Shown here piece after piece: positions 1 through 9,951 of a DNA stretch of 64,000 nt. Origin of the DNA: Microcoleus sp. (lineage in GTDB: Bacteria > Cyanobacteriota > Cyanobacteriia > Cyanobacteriales > Microcoleaceae); the NCBI GenBank assembly GCA_042408215.1, contig JAYFMW010000005.1:608001-672000 (forward strand). Reading direction: 5' to 3'. Position numbers and translations under genes: made by a program. The notes beneath the pieces were generated by a model. It was not told the origin of the DNA, did not search any database, and was given only the letters and a program-made list of their open reading frames with translations. The number at the start of each line of letters is the position of its first letter. Positions within the stretch are counted from its first letter, which is position 1.

Positions 1-380
1 ATAAAGCGGATGGTATTTGCGATCGCCTTATTTTCTCGACCAAACTCTGACAAAAATATTCCCGTCATTACGCCGATTGGGACACTAAATAACGTAGCAA
101 TTCCTACCATTAAAGCAGTGCCAATAATCGCATTTGCAAAGCCGTTGGGCTGGTCTTCAACTCCGACTGGTGCTGGCAGAGACACTAGCACTTCCCAGCT
201 CAAATGTGAAAATCCCTCACCCAGAATTTTGTACAAAATAGCGAACAAAGGGAGCAGAGCCAAGGCTGTGAGAGCAAAGGCAATAACTGTCATTCCCCGG
301 CTGAAAAAGCTTCTGCCCAAGGACAGAGGTTTGTAGATTTCTACATCCAGAATACTGTCTGAATTTTGTGCTTGAGTCAT
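1..380 (-). CDS. pstA: Phosphate ABC transporter permease PstA (5' part; runs off window edge)
   Basis: Manual translation from ATG at 380: MTQAQNSDSILDVEIYKPLS...NGFANAIIGTALMVGIATLFSVPIGVMTGIFLSEF; directly downstream of pstC. Confidence 0.9.
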   Translation of the reverse strand, partial: MTQAQNSDSILDVEIYKPLSLGRSFFSRGMTVIAFALTALALLPLFAILYKILGEGFSHLSWEVLVSLPAPVGVEDQPNGFANAIIGTALMVGIATLFSVPIGVMTGIFLSEFGRENKAIANTIRF

Positions 381-383
381 CCG

Positions 384-414
384 ATTTTAGATTTTAGATT
401 TTGGATTTTGGATT
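384..414. repeat. Heptamer tandem repeat (GATTTTA/GATTTTG)n, STRR-type
   Basis: gattttagattttagattttggattttggatt in the pstC-pstA spacer; the same motif recurs at ~63160-63190. Confidence 0.8.
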
Positions 415-508
415 GTTTTGTTTTGTTTGTGGCTCTTGCGATTGCTTCGTTTCACTCGCAATGACAGGCTTATATATTTTACCGTCGATCGAATTACCTG
501 ATAGGATA

Positions 509-1510
509 TTAATTTTTCGCTCCCTTGACGCCAATTAGCTGAACTAACAATACTGCGATCGCATTCACCAACAGAGTGATGACAAATAGAATTAGGGCTA
601 AATACATCAAAGCGCCGATGTGCAGCGGTTCGAGAGCTTCCCGAAATTGACTTGCCAAAACAGCGGGAATTGAGTAGCTGGGAGCTAGCAGGGATTGGTT
701 GATTTGAATCGAGTTACCAATGACCATTGTGACTGCCATTGTTTCGCCTAAAGCGCGTCCCAAGGCTAAGATGGTAGCTCCGATAATACCAGAACTAGCT
801 GCTGGTAATAACAACTTAAATATCGTTTCCCAACGGGTTGCTCCAAGGGACATGGAAGCACTACGCAAATCTACGGGAACTGACATCAAAACATCGCGGC
901 TGATGGCGGCTACTGTGGGCAAAATCATAATCGATAATAGTACCCCAGCCGGCAGCATTCCCGGCCCTAAAGGTTCGCTGCTGAACAGGGGAAACCAACT
1001 GAAATGATCGAACAAAGACTGCTGTAATGGTAGCAGAAAGGGAATCAGAACAAAGATTCCCCAAAGGCCAACTATCACGCTGGGAATGGCCGAGATTAAT
1101 TCAACCATGAATCCCAAGGGCGATCGCACCCAAAGAGGCAAAAAGTTCTCGCTGGTAACTATAGCTACTGAAAGTCCTAGAGGAATTGCGATGATTATGG
1201 CGATCGCAGAACTAATCACAGTACCGTAAATAAACGGCAAAGCCCCAAACTGCAACTCACCGATATCCCACTTGGGATTCCACAAAAATGAAAGGCCAAA
1301 TTTGCTAATAGCAGGCCAAGCATCTTTAAAAATTATCGCGCTCATCCAGAACAGCGTGCCCGCTGTCGCTAAAGCAAAAGCCCATACAAATAGTGTAAAT
1401 CCTGACTCGATCCATAAACCTTCACCATTCGTATCAGTCAAGTCTACTTCTGTGCTTTTTGCTGTCTGTTGCTTAGTCAATTTTTCCGGTTTCTTGGCAA
1501 AATTGGTCAT
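509..1510 (-). CDS. pstC: Phosphate ABC transporter permease PstC
   Basis: ELISAIPSVIVGLWG, LGATRWETI and GRALGETMAV motifs; operon context. Confidence 0.95.
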   Translation of the reverse strand: MTNFAKKPEKLTKQQTAKSTEVDLTDTNGEGLWIESGFTLFVWAFALATAGTLFWMSAIIFKDAWPAISKFGLSFLWNPKWDIGELQFGALPFIYGTVISSAIAIIIAIPLGLSVAIVTSENFLPLWVRSPLGFMVELISAIPSVIVGLWGIFVLIPFLLPLQQSLFDHFSWFPLFSSEPLGPGMLPAGVLLSIMILPTVAAISRDVLMSVPVDLRSASMSLGATRWETIFKLLLPAASSGIIGATILALGRALGETMAVTMVIGNSIQINQSLLAPSYSIPAVLASQFREALEPLHIGALMYLALILFVITLLVNAIAVLLVQLIGVKGAKN

Positions 1511-1598
1511 ACCCTAGTTACTGCGTAAACAGTTAAATATTGGCTTGAAAGACGAGTAATTCTAATGCGCTGGTAGGGTGCACTTTGTATCGAAGCCT

Positions 1599-1782
1599 CG
1601 ATCCCCCTCGCATCCCCCTTAAGAAGGGGAGTAGGGGTTGACTTTGAGAGTATCCTAAATCCCCGTAAATCCTTCTCGCATCCCCCTTTTTAAGGGGGAC
1701 GCAAGAATGATCTTCCCCCTTTTTAAGGGGGACGCAAGAATGCTCTTGTTCCCCCCTTCTTAAGGGGGGTTAGGGGGGATCG
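1599..1782. repeat. Palindromic dispersed repeat (GATCCCCC..CCCCCTTnnnAAGGGGG..GGGGGATC family) with an internal tandem duplication
   Basis: Same family at ~6320, 6630, 6950, 18481, 42101 and 53266; tccccctttttaagggggacgcaagaatg occurs twice within this copy. Confidence 0.8.
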
Positions 1783-1860
1783 AGGAGCTAAAGAGAAGCC
1801 AGAGGAATGTAAAATTTAGATGCGGCTCAGCTTAACTCATAACTCCTGCGATCGCCCAAA

Positions 1861-2889
1861 TTAACCTTTAGCAACCACAGTCTGATTAACTGTTTGAATC
1901 ACCTTCTGAGCTGTAGCGGTCGGAATTGTAGTAAACTCTAGCTGTTTGTTGATACCTTGGCCTGTAGTCATCACCCAATTAACCATCTTTTTAATAGCCT
2001 CCGCTTTCGCAGCAGGATACTCTTTGTAGACTAACAGCCAAGTCAAACCAACAATCGGATAACCGTCGTTAGGATTGCCTTCTACTAAGCGGAAATCTGC
2101 CGGGAATGTTTCCCCTGCTAAAGCTTTTTCGGCTTCTGCCAAGTTAGCATCTACAAACCGGCCAGCTTTATTTTGAATAAATGCTGTTTGGAGGCTGTTT
2201 TGCCTCGCATAAGTATCTTGAACGTAGCCGATCGCACCCGCTGTATTCTTCACCAAAGCAGCGACGCCGGGGTTTCCTTGACCACTGACAGGGCTTCCTA
2301 GCCAACTCGGCTGAGCGGCTGCTTTGATGCTGCTGCCGATCGCCTGCAAGTGATTAGCAAAAATAAAGGTTGTACCACTGCTATCTGCCCGTACAACTAC
2401 TCGAATCGGAGTATTTGGCAAATTTTTAGCTTGTCCAGAAATAGCTGTTATTTTAGCATCATTCCAGCGAGTAATTTTACCTTCAAAGATGCCTTTCATC
2501 GCATCGGAATTCAAGCGTACATTGTTGATCCCAGGCAAATTGTAAACAACTGCAACAGCACCACCAGCCGTGGGAATAGCGATTACACCCCGCTTGACTT
2601 CAGCGATTTGTGCCGCAGTCATCAGCGCGTCGCTACCTGCGAAGTCAACAGTGCCTGAAATTAATGCTTTGATACCAGCACCACTGCCGGTTCCTTCGTA
2701 GTTTACAGTAATTTGATTTGCACTTCTCATCTGAGAGAAGTAGCGATCGTAAAGCGGTTTGGGAAAAGTAGCTCCCGAACCGTTGAGTGTGACGGCTGCT
2801 ACAGCAGAACTAATCAACGAGAGCGAAAATGCTGCTGCTGCTAGCGTAACGATAAAGGCACGTCGCCAACGTGCTGTGAAAAAAAACAT
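1861..2889 (-). CDS. pstS: Phosphate ABC transporter substrate-binding protein PstS
   Basis: GSGATFP, GSGAGIK, DFAGSD and RADSSGTTFIF motifs; signal peptide; ATG 2889 preceded by GGAGGAGG. Confidence 0.95.
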   Translation of the reverse strand: MFFFTARWRRAFIVTLAAAAFSLSLISSAVAAVTLNGSGATFPKPLYDRYFSQMRSANQITVNYEGTGSGAGIKALISGTVDFAGSDALMTAAQIAEVKRGVIAIPTAGGAVAVVYNLPGINNVRLNSDAMKGIFEGKITRWNDAKITAISGQAKNLPNTPIRVVVRADSSGTTFIFANHLQAIGSSIKAAAQPSWLGSPVSGQGNPGVAALVKNTAGAIGYVQDTYARQNSLQTAFIQNKAGRFVDANLAEAEKALAGETFPADFRLVEGNPNDGYPIVGLTWLLVYKEYPAAKAEAIKKMVNWVMTTGQGINKQLEFTTIPTATAQKVIQTVNQTVVAKG

Positions 2890-2965
2890 ACTCCTCCTCC
2901 TTAAATAGCAGACTTTGCAAATCTCCTCCATAGGATAGACCGAAATCCCCAAGGAAAGAGATATC

Positions 2966-3060
2966 AAAGAATAAGCTTGTTTTAAATTTTGGTTAACATT
3001 AGATTAAATAATAAAAGAATAAGCTTGTCTTAAATTTTGGTTAAAAATAGATTAAATTTT
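2966..3060 (-). promoter_or_regulatory. Two tandem copies (48-bp period) of a cyanobacterial Pho (SphR) box
   Basis: Minus strand reads TTTAATCT-att-TTTAACCA-aaa-TTTAAGAC and TTTAATCT-aat-GTTAACCA-aaa-TTTAAAAC, i.e. 11-bp-spaced PyTTAAPyPy-like units upstream of pstS. Confidence 0.75.
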
Positions 3061-3097
3061 AATACCCAAGACTAGGAGACCTGATTTATTAAATAAG

Positions 3098-4552
3098 TCA
3101 GGGAGCTGACTGTGCGATCGCCACTTCATAATTCTTACCGTTTTTCTTAACTTTAAATGTTTTGCATGACTGCAAAAAATCGAGAAACTTGCTGCCCAAA
3201 TTCAGCGATTGCAGCTTTTTAGTAATGGGTTGACCGTATTGCTTGTGAAATTCGGTGGCTACCTGGTTGATCGCAATGTAATTGCCTGGAGATTTAGCAG
3301 TTAATGCCAGTACAATATTTGCTATAGATACTTCCAGGGTGGCTGAGGACTCTGTTTTTGAAGCCGCTGCTGCTTTTGGAGCGATCGCCACTTGATGTTC
3401 GTTACCAACGAGCAATTCCATTTTGAAAACAGACGGACGCGATTGAAAAAAATTAATTAGATGAGAATCAGGCAAAAACTTTTTCACAAGTAAATCGGCA
3501 TGACACTGATATTTAGTATAAAATTGTTTCTTGATGTTTGTTACAGGAATAGCATTTTGTCTTAACTCAACTATCGCTTTCGCAATCATTTTTATAAGTA
3601 TCTTTTCTAAAGCATCCAGCGAATTAATCCCAATTGAATTGACTGACTTGGTTTCGGGAACTTTTTGGTATTCAATATCTAGAGCGACGACATCTAGAGC
3701 GAGGACAAGAGGAGTTACACACTCTTTAGTCCCAGAATAAATTTTGTTTTGTGCTGACTCCCACAGTGCTGCTGCATGAGAAGGTGTAGAATTAAAATCA
3801 ACAGTATGGCGCTCTTTAAAAAGCTGAGCAACACTAGAAAAACGAGCTATCCGCTCATCAATAGATTTGTGTTCAGCCTTCAACAACTCGGCAATTTGAT
3901 TAGCCAACTCCTCAAAACTAGGAATTTCCATTTCCCGATCGCAGGAATAGTGATTAGTATCACCATTCAGAAGATTTTCTACAGACAACACAGCATTTTT
4001 TCGCCGCACCCGAAAGACAGTCAATCCCTGATTTTGCAATTGATTGCAAAGGTGATTTAACAAACCATCCGAAGAACAGACAAAAACTTGTTTGACATCC
4101 CGATATCGGTATAAAATAGCAGCGCCAAAGGCAATCATCTTACCATCAGCACTATTAGAACCGCCCGGAACATGAATCAGTTCGTAACCGCGATCGTAAA
4201 GTTCAGCATCCAACTTGCTCGTACTCGGGTTTTTCCAGTTAGCAAAAGCAATTTTAACTTGCAAAGGATAGTCGCACAAACTGGCTAAAAATTGTTCTGT
4301 ATTAACGTTAAGTTTCAGATTTTCAGCATCTAACAGCAAAATCCCAATCCCGCCGGAATCTGTAGCGCTTACAGGGGTGATTTCCTGCGGGATAGCTGCG
4401 CTTAATTCACTTTCGGTGAATTTACAACTGAAAGACTGCGAGTCAGGCGACTCAAAGAATTGTTTGCGGCAAGCCTTGCAAAGATACCGCTGGCGACCGT
4501 TGGGACGGCCGTTTTTACGAAGTTGGTCAGATTCACATCTTGGACATTTCAT
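3098..4552 (-). CDS. Zn-ribbon + NYN ribonuclease domain + OST-HTH/LOTUS domain protein
   Basis: N-terminal CPRC...RKNG...GRQRYLCKAC; NYN motifs LLLDAENL, SADGKM and CSSDG; two C-terminal LOTUS-like repeats (F..KY...FFQSRP, FHKQYG...FLDFLQS). Confidence 0.75.
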   Translation of the reverse strand: MKCPRCESDQLRKNGRPNGRQRYLCKACRKQFFESPDSQSFSCKFTESELSAAIPQEITPVSATDSGGIGILLLDAENLKLNVNTEQFLASLCDYPLQVKIAFANWKNPSTSKLDAELYDRGYELIHVPGGSNSADGKMIAFGAAILYRYRDVKQVFVCSSDGLLNHLCNQLQNQGLTVFRVRRKNAVLSVENLLNGDTNHYSCDREMEIPSFEELANQIAELLKAEHKSIDERIARFSSVAQLFKERHTVDFNSTPSHAAALWESAQNKIYSGTKECVTPLVLALDVVALDIEYQKVPETKSVNSIGINSLDALEKILIKMIAKAIVELRQNAIPVTNIKKQFYTKYQCHADLLVKKFLPDSHLINFFQSRPSVFKMELLVGNEHQVAIAPKAAAASKTESSATLEVSIANIVLALTAKSPGNYIAINQVATEFHKQYGQPITKKLQSLNLGSKFLDFLQSCKTFKVKKNGKNYEVAIAQSAP

Positions 4553-4740
4553 GTAACTATTATTGCAGCTTGCTCCCTCAGCGGTAAAAAATCACCTATC
4601 TTCTTTTTTCTCTTCCTTCGCGCCCTACCCTACGGGAACGGCTTCGCCGAACGCGTCTTCGCGGTTCGTTAAACACATATCCCTTGAGCAGTTCAGAAGC
4701 CCCATAATAGTAAAAGCAACTTAACATTTATTTAAACACA

Positions 4741-6249
4741 ATGGCTAGAGACTTGCGGGGATTCCTAAAACTGCTCGAAGAACGGGGACAACTGCGCCGG
4801 ATTAGCGCCTTAGTCGATTCCGACCTAGAAATTGCCGAAATTTCCAACCAAATGCTGCAAAAAGGCGGCCCAGGCTTACTGTTTGAAAACGTCAAAGGGG
4901 CAGAATTCCCCGTAGCGATTAACCTGTTGGGCACGGAACAGCGCGTTTGCTGGGCGATGAACATGGAAAAGCCGATCGAATTAGAAGAACTCGGCAAAAA
5001 ATTAGGAATGCTACAACAGCCAAAACCCCCAAAAAAGATTTCCCAAGCCATAGAATTTGGCAAAGTGCTGTTTGACGTCGTGAAAGCCAAACCAGGCCGC
5101 GACTTTTTCCCAGCTTGTCAGCAAGTGGTAATTGAGGGAGAAGGACTGGATTTGAACAAAATCCCGATGATTCGCCCCTATCCGGGAGATGCGGGCAAAA
5201 TTATCACCCTCGGTTTAGTAATTACCAAAGATTGCGAAACCGGCACGCCAAATGTGGGGGTTTATCGGTTACAGTTGCAGTCAAAAAATACAATGACTGT
5301 ACACTGGTTATCGGTGCGGGGTGGCGCGCGACACTTGCGGAAAGCGGCGCAGGCTGGTAAAAAGTTGGAAGTTGCGATCGCCCTGGGAGTCGATCCTTTA
5401 ATCATTCTCGCCGCAGCAACCCCCATTCCTGTAGACTTATCCGAATGGTTATTCGCCGGACTTTATGGCGGTTCCGGCGTGAGTTTAGCGAAGTGCAAAA
5501 CAGTAGATTTGGAAGTACCGGCAGACTCAGAAATCGTGTTAGAAGGAACGATTACACCGGGGGAAGTTTTGCCAGACGGGCCCTTTGGAGATCACATGGG
5601 TTATTACGGCGGTGTCGAAGATTCGCCCTTGGTGCGTTTCAATTGCATGACACACCGCAAAGACCCGATTTATCTGACTACCTTTAGCGGGCGGCCGCCG
5701 AAAGAAGAAGCAATGATGGCGATCGCGCTTAACCGCATTTATACTCCTATTTTGCGGCAGCAAGTATCGGAAATTGTCGATTTTTTCCTACCGATGGAAG
5801 CCCTGAGTTACAAAGCAGCAATTATCTCCATTGATAAAGCATATCCCGGTCAAGCGCGGAGGGCTGCTTTAGCATTTTGGAGCGCATTACCACAGTTTAC
5901 TTACACTAAGTTTGTGATTGTTGTCGATAAAAGTATCAACATTCGCGACCCGCGTCAAGTAGTGTGGGCAATTAGTTCTAAAGTTGACCCTGTTCGGGAT
6001 GTATTTATTTTGCCGAATACGCCTTTTGATACGTTAGATTTTGCTAGTGAAAAGATTGGTTTGGGAGGCAGAATGGGGATTGATGCTACTACGAAGATGC
6101 CGCCGGAAACCGATCACGAATGGGGTGAAGTTTTGGAGTCAGATCCTGATATGGCGGCGATGGTTCAGCGGCGTTGGGCTGAGTATGGTTTGGCTGATTT
6201 GAATTTGGGAGAAGTCGATCCGAATTTGTTTGGATATGAGATGAGATAA
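4741..6249 (+). CDS. ubiD: UbiD-family (4-hydroxy-3-polyprenylbenzoate) decarboxylase
   Basis: NVGVYRLQ, DGPFGDHMGYY and GRMGIDAT motifs; 502 aa. Confidence 0.93.
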   Translation: MARDLRGFLKLLEERGQLRRISALVDSDLEIAEISNQMLQKGGPGLLFENVKGAEFPVAINLLGTEQRVCWAMNMEKPIELEELGKKLGMLQQPKPPKKISQAIEFGKVLFDVVKAKPGRDFFPACQQVVIEGEGLDLNKIPMIRPYPGDAGKIITLGLVITKDCETGTPNVGVYRLQLQSKNTMTVHWLSVRGGARHLRKAAQAGKKLEVAIALGVDPLIILAAATPIPVDLSEWLFAGLYGGSGVSLAKCKTVDLEVPADSEIVLEGTITPGEVLPDGPFGDHMGYYGGVEDSPLVRFNCMTHRKDPIYLTTFSGRPPKEEAMMAIALNRIYTPILRQQVSEIVDFFLPMEALSYKAAIISIDKAYPGQARRAALAFWSALPQFTYTKFVIVVDKSINIRDPRQVVWAISSKVDPVRDVFILPNTPFDTLDFASEKIGLGGRMGIDATTKMPPETDHEWGEVLESDPDMAAMVQRRWAEYGLADLNLGEVDPNLFGYEMR

Positions 6250-6261
6250 GGGAAACGGCAG

Positions 6262-6475
6262 TGTCCATTAGTGTCAATTTAAGATTGAACCTTGAGTATC
6301 TCTTGTTTGTATCAAAGTCTAGATCCCCCCTAACCCCCCTTAATAAGGGGGGGACAAGAAATATCCTCAAAGTCACCCCCTACTCCCCTTCTTAAGGGGG
6401 ATTTAGGGGGATCTAGACTCAGGTAAAAACGAGATTTATCAAGGCTTTCAGGCTGGTTGTTGACACTAATGGGCA
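6262..6475. mobile_element. MITE-like element with ~16-bp terminal inverted repeats
   Basis: tgtccattagtgtcaa (6262-6277) vs ttgacactaatgggca (6460-6475): 15/16 inverted match enclosing a palindromic repeat. Confidence 0.6.
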
Positions 6476-7233
6476 ATGCCCTGTCCCTACAATTAATCGG
6501 GCGATCGTTACATCTCTCATAGAGGAAGATTGATTATTTTGGGCTAGGGAAACGGCATTTCCTTGTCCGACATTGCCGTGTTTTCGATACCAATAACCCA
6601 GTCACAGACTTCGGTTTGACTATTAAACTTAGATCCCCCCTAGCCCCCCTTAACAAGGGGGGGACAAGAGTCCGATCTTTCGTCACCCCCTACTCACACC
6701 CTACTCCCTTCTTAAGGGGGATTTAGGGGGATCTAGACTCAGGTAAAAACGAGATTTCTCAAGGCTTTCAGGCTGGTTGTTGACACTAATAGGCAATGCC
6801 CTGTCCCTACAATTAATCGGGCGATGGTTACATCTCTCATAGAGGAAGATTGATTATTTTGGGCTAGGGAAACGGCATTTCCTTGTCCGACATTGCCGTG
6901 TTTTCGATACCAATAACCCAGTCACAGACTTCGGTTTGACTATTAAACTTAGATCCCCCCTAGCCCCCCTTAACAAGGGGGGGACAAGAGTCCGATCTTT
7001 CGTCACCCCCTACTCACACCCTACTCCCTTCTTAAGGGGGATTTAGGGGGATCTAGACTCAGGTAAAAACGAGATTTATCAAGGCTTTCAGGCTGGTTGT
7101 TGACACTAATAGGCAATGCCCTGTCCCTACAATTAATCGGGCGATGGTTACATCTCTCATAGAGGAAGATTGATTATTTTGGGCTAGGGAAACGGCATTT
7201 CCTTGTCCGACATTGCCGTGTTTTCGATACCAA
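6320..7233. repeat. ~3 tandem copies of a 320-bp composite repeat unit
   Basis: Anchor atctagactc at 6411, 6731 and 7051; copies nearly identical. Confidence 0.9.
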
Positions 7234-7317
7234 AGAAACCGGGTTTTTTGCCGTTTATTCTGGCTGTAGCGCGTCTTCTCGCAAAAAACCCGGTTTCTGA
7301 CCACCCCTGCGTCCAGG
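7233..7317. repeat. Dispersed inverted-repeat family AGAAACCGGGTTTTT...AAAAACCCGGTTTCT
   Basis: Related copies at ~17083-17180 and ~54284-54368. Confidence 0.75.
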
Positions 7318-7699
7318 CTAATTCTGTCATTCTGAGAGAAGCGAAGAATCTCGCTAGATGCTTCGTTGCACTGCGTTTCACTTAGCATGACATATAATTT
7401 TTGCGTAAGTCCTGATAACTTAGAGTCATGTTTTTTGCCTGGAGTCAAGTTTATTATGTCTCTTGCTAAAGATTTAGACTACGCTGAAAACAGCGTTCCA
7501 ATTATAACACAATTGTCCCTGGAAATTTCACCGTTGAAAAGTGCGATGGAAAAACAGGCTTTCCGGCCTGTTCCACAAACATTAAATTCTCTTGTGGGGT
7601 GGGCCGGAGTTCCCGCCCAGAAAACAGGTATCTTGCCTGTTTCACAAACATTAAAATGTTGCTAAACTGTAAATAGACTTGAGTCAAGGAGTCACATCA

Positions 7700-8488
7700 A
7701 TGCCATCTCCCTTTCCTGGTATGGACCCGTATTTAGAGCATCCCGAACTCTGGCCCGCCCTACACCACTTGTTAATTAGTGAAATTTTGAGATTTTTGTC
7801 TCCCCAACTGCGTCCTAAATATTTAGTCTCGTTGGAAGTGAGAATCTATGAAACCCTGGACGATAATTTATCAATTGGCATTCCTGATGTAAACGTGATT
7901 CACCCCAAAAATACTACCGAATTAATCACATCAAACGTAGCCGTTGCAGCGCCACCGACACAACCCTTAACAGTAACTATTCCCATGCCCTACCAGGTTC
8001 GGGAAGGCTATTTAGAAATTAGGGAAAGGGGAACCAAAGAATTAATCACAGTTCTTGAAATCCTCTCGCCTACGAATAAGCGGACAGGCAAAGGGCGGCA
8101 AATGTACGAAGAAAAGCGAGAAGAAATTTTAGGTAGCCGCACTCATTTAATTGAAATAGATCTATTGCGGCGCGGTCGAAAAATGCCAATTATTGGCAAT
8201 GATGTTGAAAGCCACTATAGCGTTTTGGTGTGTCGGGGAAATCGCCGTCCCAGAGCTGATTTGTACGCTTTTAATGTGCAGAACCCGATGCCTGCCTTTC
8301 CTCTGCCACTGCGATCCGGCGATACTGAACCTGTCATAAACTTGCAGGAATTATTTACTCAAATTTACGACATAGCAAGTTATGACCTGAAGATAGATTA
8401 TCGCAACTGGGAAGTCATACCAGCACTGTCAGAGGCTGATACAATTTGGGCAGATGCTTTGTTGCGCGATCGAGGATTGCGACCTTGA
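7700..8488 (+). CDS. DUF4058 family protein (restriction-endonuclease-like fold)
   Basis: MPSPFPGMDPYLE N-terminus; EILSPTNK and HLIEIDLLR motifs. Confidence 0.85.
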   Translation: MPSPFPGMDPYLEHPELWPALHHLLISEILRFLSPQLRPKYLVSLEVRIYETLDDNLSIGIPDVNVIHPKNTTELITSNVAVAAPPTQPLTVTIPMPYQVREGYLEIRERGTKELITVLEILSPTNKRTGKGRQMYEEKREEILGSRTHLIEIDLLRRGRKMPIIGNDVESHYSVLVCRGNRRPRADLYAFNVQNPMPAFPLPLRSGDTEPVINLQELFTQIYDIASYDLKIDYRNWEVIPALSEADTIWADALLRDRGLRP

Positions 8489-8681
8489 TTTTGATACCAA
8501 ATCCGTTGGCATCGGAATTAATATTACCCACAGTCAGGGACAAGACAGTCGTTTCCCTACAATTAATCAGGGTAGGGAAACGGCATTACCCTGTCCGACT
8601 CGCGAGCGCTCATGATTATTTTGGGGTAGGGAAACGGCATTGCCGTGTCCGACCTTACTTGATTCTAAAATTGCTTGACTG

Positions 8682-9380
8682 CTAAACATCGGGATTTTGC
8701 ATCAACCGCTGCTTCAAACGCGCCGGCTCTCCCCGATCGACCACTTGGCCCTTCTCCAACAAAAAAGCCCCATCACAATAATTCAACTCATCCAAACGGT
8801 GAGTCACCCACAAAGCGGTAATTCCCCGATTTTTCACCAACCGCTGCACCGCCGCCACCAAATCCAACTGAGAATCAGGATCTAACAAAGCCGTCGGTTC
8901 ATCCAACAGCAAAACCTCGCAGTGACGGGCGATCGCCCCAGCAAGGGCAATACGCTGCTTCTGGCCTCCACTCAAAGCATAAATCGGCCGCCGCTGCAAA
9001 TCCAACAAATTCACAGCCTCCAAAGCCTCCGCCACCCTCTCCCGCACCTGAACGTTAGAAAGCTTTTCCTCCACCAAACCAAAAGCCACATCCGCACCCA
9101 CCGTCGGCATCACCAGTTGGTGATCGGGGTTTTGGAACACAAAACCCACCCGTCCACTCAGAGCAATTTCCCCCGACTGGGGGTGCAGCAGCCCAGCCAT
9201 CAGCCTCAGCAGCGTAGACTTGCCACTGCCGTTAGTACCCAAAAGCATCCAAAACTCGCCCTTGGGTACATCCAGAGAGCAACCTTGCAACACTCGATCG
9301 CCCGACGGCCAGCTAAAACACAAATCCCGCACAGCAACGGCTGACTGGTTCATATCGGCATCAACACCCCCAGCCCTCAT
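8682..9380 (-). CDS. ECF/CbiO-type ABC transporter ATP-binding protein
   Basis: GTNGSGKS, VFQNPD, LSGGQKQR and LLLDEPT motifs. Confidence 0.9.
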   Translation of the reverse strand: MRAGGVDADMNQSAVAVRDLCFSWPSGDRVLQGCSLDVPKGEFWMLLGTNGSGKSTLLRLMAGLLHPQSGEIALSGRVGFVFQNPDHQLVMPTVGADVAFGLVEEKLSNVQVRERVAEALEAVNLLDLQRRPIYALSGGQKQRIALAGAIARHCEVLLLDEPTALLDPDSQLDLVAAVQRLVKNRGITALWVTHRLDELNYCDGAFLLEKGQVVDRGEPARLKQRLMQNPDV

Positions 9381-9649
9381 TCTGCCGCCGACATCGAGAC
9401 AAAACCCGGGGATCTGCCTGTAGACGACGCCCCCGATTTCTGAGAAACCACCACCCCAGAAATCTCGCTGCTGAGCACAGCCACCTTTTTCTCAGGATTT
9501 TTCTCGCAGGTGAGTTCCAAAATTTGCGGTTGGGAGTTGCGAATCGCCTCCAGAACCTGCTGGTAAACAGTCTCAGCGTCCGCCTCCAACTTCCGCTGCA
9601 CCGACAGCGAGACGGGCGTGTTCTTCACAATGATGTCAATGCTGAACAT
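9377..9649 (-). CDS. Small hypothetical protein, translationally coupled to the ABC ATPase
   Basis: 90-aa ORF whose stop overlaps the downstream ATG (ATGA). Confidence 0.75.
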   Translation of the reverse strand: MFSIDIIVKNTPVSLSVQRKLEADAETVYQQVLEAIRNSQPQILELTCEKNPEKKVAVLSSEISGVVVSQKSGASSTGRSPGFVSMSAAE

Positions 9650-9951
9650 ATAGTCTTAAAAACCTAAATCTGGAACTCTATCCTCAGTATATATAGTAGA
9701 AGTTCCGAAATGTAGAGGATAGACTTTGGGGACGTCCGGGACTTCCGGGACTTAGGGAACCAGTGAAGAGCCGGAAAATCTTTAAGAAATACTTGCTATT
9801 GTAAAGAATTACCCCTATAATCGTGAATACGGTAAAGAAACGTAAACTCTATTCATAATCCATCTCATTTTCTGCTCAGCAAAAAATGAGAGCCAAAATT
9901 ATAGAATAGAAACTTGTCCGTTGTAATTATATCCATTTGGAGATTTGGGTA

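Noticed and set aside
10..336. Plus-strand 108-aa ORF
   Set aside because: Antisense to pstA
4460..4552. IS1 element
   Set aside because: Only a Zn ribbon fused in frame to NYN; no InsB/DDE domain or IS ends seen
6320..7233. Possible CRISPR array
   Set aside because: The 320-bp units are near-identical throughout with no unique spacers, and no cas genes are present
7059..7687. Several short ORFs
   Set aside because: Composed of dispersed repeat sequence
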